From Carcharhinus amblyrhynchos (taxonomy: Eukaryota), in NCBI GenBank assembly GCA_965287045.1, contig OZ336880.1, forward strand, positions 4,712,001 to 4,776,000: 64,000 nt of DNA, read 5' to 3'. This document shows positions 60,391 to 64,000 of this stretch, piece by piece. Position 1 is the first letter of the stretch. Each line of letters begins with the position of its first letter. The notes beneath the pieces were generated by a model. It saw only the letters and a list, made by a program, of their open reading frames with translations, was not told the DNA's origin and ran no database searches. A program made the position numbers and the translations under genes.

Positions 60391-63269
60391 TTAAAATTCT
60401 AATTTAGTTTACCAGAGCTTTGGGAATCCTGTTTTCCAAATGAGCAAAATTTCATTTTGGACCTCAAACATGCCTAATGCCTTCACCAATAGATCTCCAT
60501 TTTGGTCTCAAAGCAGCTTTACTGCTCCTGTGTCAACCTGTTTATTGTTAATATGACTATAGAGGATCTTTTGGATTTCCTTTTGATATTAGCCACCAAA
60601 CTATTCTTAGACTTTCTTTGCTTATCATTTCCTTTTTCACTTCCTTGCACCTTTCACATTCTCCCTTGTACTATTATGTTTGTTAACTGCTTCATCCTAC
60701 TCCCCCTTCTTCAGTCTTTTGTGTGTCCCCCCCTATCCTGTCTGAGCTCATTTACCGTTTGCAGGAATAGGGGGAGATGGTGCATAGTGGTAATGAACCA
60801 ATAATCCCAGGTTATCACTATTTTGTTCATTAGAAGACATGAAGTACCTGCATTTTTAATGGGAGTGATGGTGTAACTGCAGTAATGAAAGACAGGAAGC
60901 TGTAATTTTGAGTGGGTGTCATCAAGATCTGGGTATATTATATTCATTGTCACTGACAATCTGTCCATTATTACGCGCATGATCTCTTTGTCGGTCTTAA
61001 TTATTCAGGAAGAAACAGCTGAAACTCAAATTTTTAACATTGACTGGGGCAGTTCTCAACAACAATCACTCCAAATTTACCTGAATGGGAAAATTTACCT
61101 GAATTGGTTGTAATCTCAATGTTGGTCCACTTGTACAGTGGTGCAGTTTCTCTCCCTGAAGAGCGCCTCAATTCAGTGACTTTGATATGGATTTAGTTTG
61201 GTGCCTCTGTATAGACTACTACAAGGGAAGGATCATGTCGAAGGCTAAAGAACACCTGTCATTTAAATAATCGTAATGACCTGGACTAACTGTTTCTGAT
61301 GGCTCAGATCAAGTCATGTTGCCCAGTGTTATAGTGCATGATTGTTCAAAACTATAATACATCTAAGGAGTTGCTCAGATTCAGAACTGATTTTTAAACA
61401 GATGTTACCTTTGGTATAGCACAGAATGACTTTATTTCTGAAAGATCACTGTAACAAAATACTGCAATTTAACAGTAAACTGGGTGACTAACAGAATGCC
61501 TGTTCCAGACACTGGATATGTTTATATATGTGACATTTTTCACACCGACAGAATACAACCAATTTTCAATTTAAGTTATAAAAAAGCAACATTAACCAGA
61601 TCTGAGCAATACTATCTGAATTGTGTTGGAAAACCAGTAATATACCACAGGATCGGTGACTTTGCCAACAGCAATACAAACTGAAATAAGCCAATACATG
61701 CTGTGCTCAAATGCAATTTAGATGATGAGAGTCGGATTGAAAGTACCACTTGCAACTTCGAGAATACACACAAGCACACGTGTGCACAGACACACGCACG
61801 CAGGCATGTGGTGCCCTTTGATGCGTGCATAAAAGCACTTATGGGGTTTTTAACCATGTTCCCAACGAGACAGAACCCCAAATGCCATTTAGTCTCATAC
61901 ATGTTGCAGTAATGTCATCGCTGCGGTAATGTAACCTTATTTGTGATGCTAATGAATAAACTTCAAAAAACTTCTAAGATACAGAACGAAGTCAGTACCT
62001 CTGTCTTTATTTTAAGCTCCTCAACCAACACCCCATGGTCGTCTGCCTTTACAAGCCCAGTTGGCAGACTCTTTACCCACAATACCCTGAGAGCCTGCAA
62101 GGGGCCACACGGGACATGCTGCGTTCATTCTTCCGCTGCAACTTCTCTATCCTCAGGCTTTAAGGGATGGAAATTCATAATTTTGTTTTCTTTTTAACTC
62201 AAAGCCCAGTCTAAACGATTGCTTTAGATTTCAATATGAACAACACAACTGTTATTTAAAATCATCATGGAAAAAGACTTGCCTGGAATAAAGTCACCTC
62301 AGCGACTTCGGATCAGTGTTTTCCTGCTCTAAGGGGACTTAAAATTCAGAGCATGATGTTGCTGTGCGTTGCCTACTGATTACAGAGCTATTAGGGTCTG
62401 ATTGAAGCCCCCCACAGCCATAGGCAGCCCCTCCCATTGTGGGATCCCATCCGAGGCAGGGTGTATTTCATTGTAAGTCTGTCTCTGTGCCTGCTTACTC
62501 GTTTGCTAAGGTCACTGCTGCATGCCAAGACATCTGTTTCACCTATTGTTGGACTGAAACTACTACGGAGAAAGGGGACATTCTCCCACAGGGATCGCTA
62601 AATCTTTGTGTGTACCAAAGATTTGTATACCTTTTTCAAAGTTAGCGATAAACTTTATTGCTGAATGCAAAATCTGGGTCTATAGTTACGTACTGAATAA
62701 GAAGCAGCAATACCCACTGTCTTCCTGTTATGTAAATTTGATACTGGTGTTATTGAAATTCCTGTCCAACACTTCGGATACACTCAGCATTTTAACAAAT
62801 GGATACCCTAGCAGAGGTACATTTTTGCCTCTTGATCGTTGGTTAAGAAGTGAAGCTACTCAGATGGATCTTTGCTGACCTTTATAACTAAAACTACTGG
62901 AGCATCTAGGAGAGAAGGCCACTTGTTACCTAATATGGAAAGTTTTGTGCATCTTTTTGCTTCTCAGACTATGGGTTCTGCAGAGGCTTGAGTAGAAAAC
63001 AATGGTTACGTTTGTATTATGTGGCTGTATGTTCAGTTGTTAATCTTGTGGTCCACATGGCTTGTGGTGATGCGTAACCGTTATCGTTGCTGTATAGTAA
63101 TCATTAAACAAGTGGTCCAATCCCAAGACGAGTTCTATTTCAGTTCTGCTATTGGATGAGCCATTCTGTGTTCTAATTCACAATTTAATACTTTATGCCT
63201 TGGTATATAAAATGTTATATTTTGTACAATTTAAATCATTTTACAAAGGAAGGATACCTATTTGTAATA

Positions 63270-64000
63270 AAAGCTTTCACAATTGTAGGCATGTAAATGA
63301 CAAAAGGATAGTAAGAGGAGGTTGGAGAAATTAGGGACAAAAGGGGGATCTACACAAAGGCTTGACAAGGCAACAGTTGAATATTTTACATCTTCCTTCA
63401 GCAAAGAAGAAGATGCTACTCGGGTCATAGTGAAAGAGGGTGTAGTTGAGATACTGGATGGGCTAGAATTTGAAAGGTGGTATTAGAAAGGCTGTGACTG
63501 TACTTAAAGTTGATAAGTCACCAGGACCAGATTGAATGCATCCAAAGAGTTTTGAAGGAACTAAAGGTGAAATTGCTGAGGTACCACTCATAATCTTCCA
63601 GTCCTCTTTAGATACAGCGTTGGTGACAAGAATTTGGAAAGTCACTTTAAACTTGATGGTGGGAAAGCTTTTAGAAATAGTGATCCTGAACAAAATTAAC
63701 ATTCACTTGGGCTGGTGAAAATTAAATAAGGAAATTCACAATGGATTTGTTCAAGGCAAGTTGTGCTGAACTAACTTGATTGAAATTTTTGGTGAGGGAA
63801 TGAAGAGGTTGGTAAAGGTAATGTAACTGAAGTCTACACAGCCTTCCAAGAGGCAATTGATAAATGTTGCATTCAGGCTTTTCAGAAAAGTTGAAGCTCA
63901 TGGAATAAAGCGGGCAGTGTCAACTAGATACCAAGTTGGCTGAGTGGCAGGAAACAATAGTGGTAAGTGGATGTTTTTCAAACAAGAGGATGTTATACAG
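63270..64000 (+). mobile_element. Decayed CR1-clade LINE running off the right edge
   Basis: KVDKSPGPD-MHP, EIAEVPLIIFQSSLD and GFVQGKLC remnants, homologous to 5784-6500. Confidence 0.88.

Noticed and set aside
56841-64000. Further ARMC8 exons or exons of an overlapping neighbour such as NME9
   Set aside because: No VLQNAPDE-like exon and no thioredoxin or NDK-like peptide was recognisable.
1-64000. CRISPR array, operon or prokaryote-type defence system
   Set aside because: Sequence is intron-rich vertebrate DNA; no repeat-spacer array or dense ORF cluster is present.

Overview
Eukaryotic (vertebrate) genomic DNA. The repeat content (HE1/V-SINE-like and DeuSINE-like SINEs, CR1 and L2 LINEs, Penelope-like elements) points to a shark or other elasmobranch. 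The window holds the head-to-head gene pair DBR1 (lariat debranching enzyme, - strand; first coding exon 117-313, probably with an upstream non-coding exon near 2.8 kb) and ARMC8 (CTLH/GID E3 ligase subunit GID5, + strand; coding exons 1-14 from 4404 to 56840, gene continues past the window). All 14 ARMC8 exons have canonical AG/GT ends and join in frame. Most notable observations: (1) exon 12 reads through into intron 12 to give the short ARMC8-beta tail [21 protein letters not shown] with its own AATAAA; (2) a 149-bp near-perfect palindrome just upstream of exon 11; (3) a perfect 52-bp Penelope-derived hairpin between 13-bp direct repeats; (4) a 1-kb G-rich minisatellite inside the shared promoter and three NRF1-like sites spaced 33 bp apart; (5) a probable DBR1 5'UTR intron with two uORFs; (6) a four-level nested retroelement with a decayed hammerhead ribozyme; (7) a repeat-poor stretch of about 7 kb in intron 12. 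I found no convincing novel multi-gene system. Family names and human comparisons are from memory, not from database searches, and repeat boundaries are approximate.
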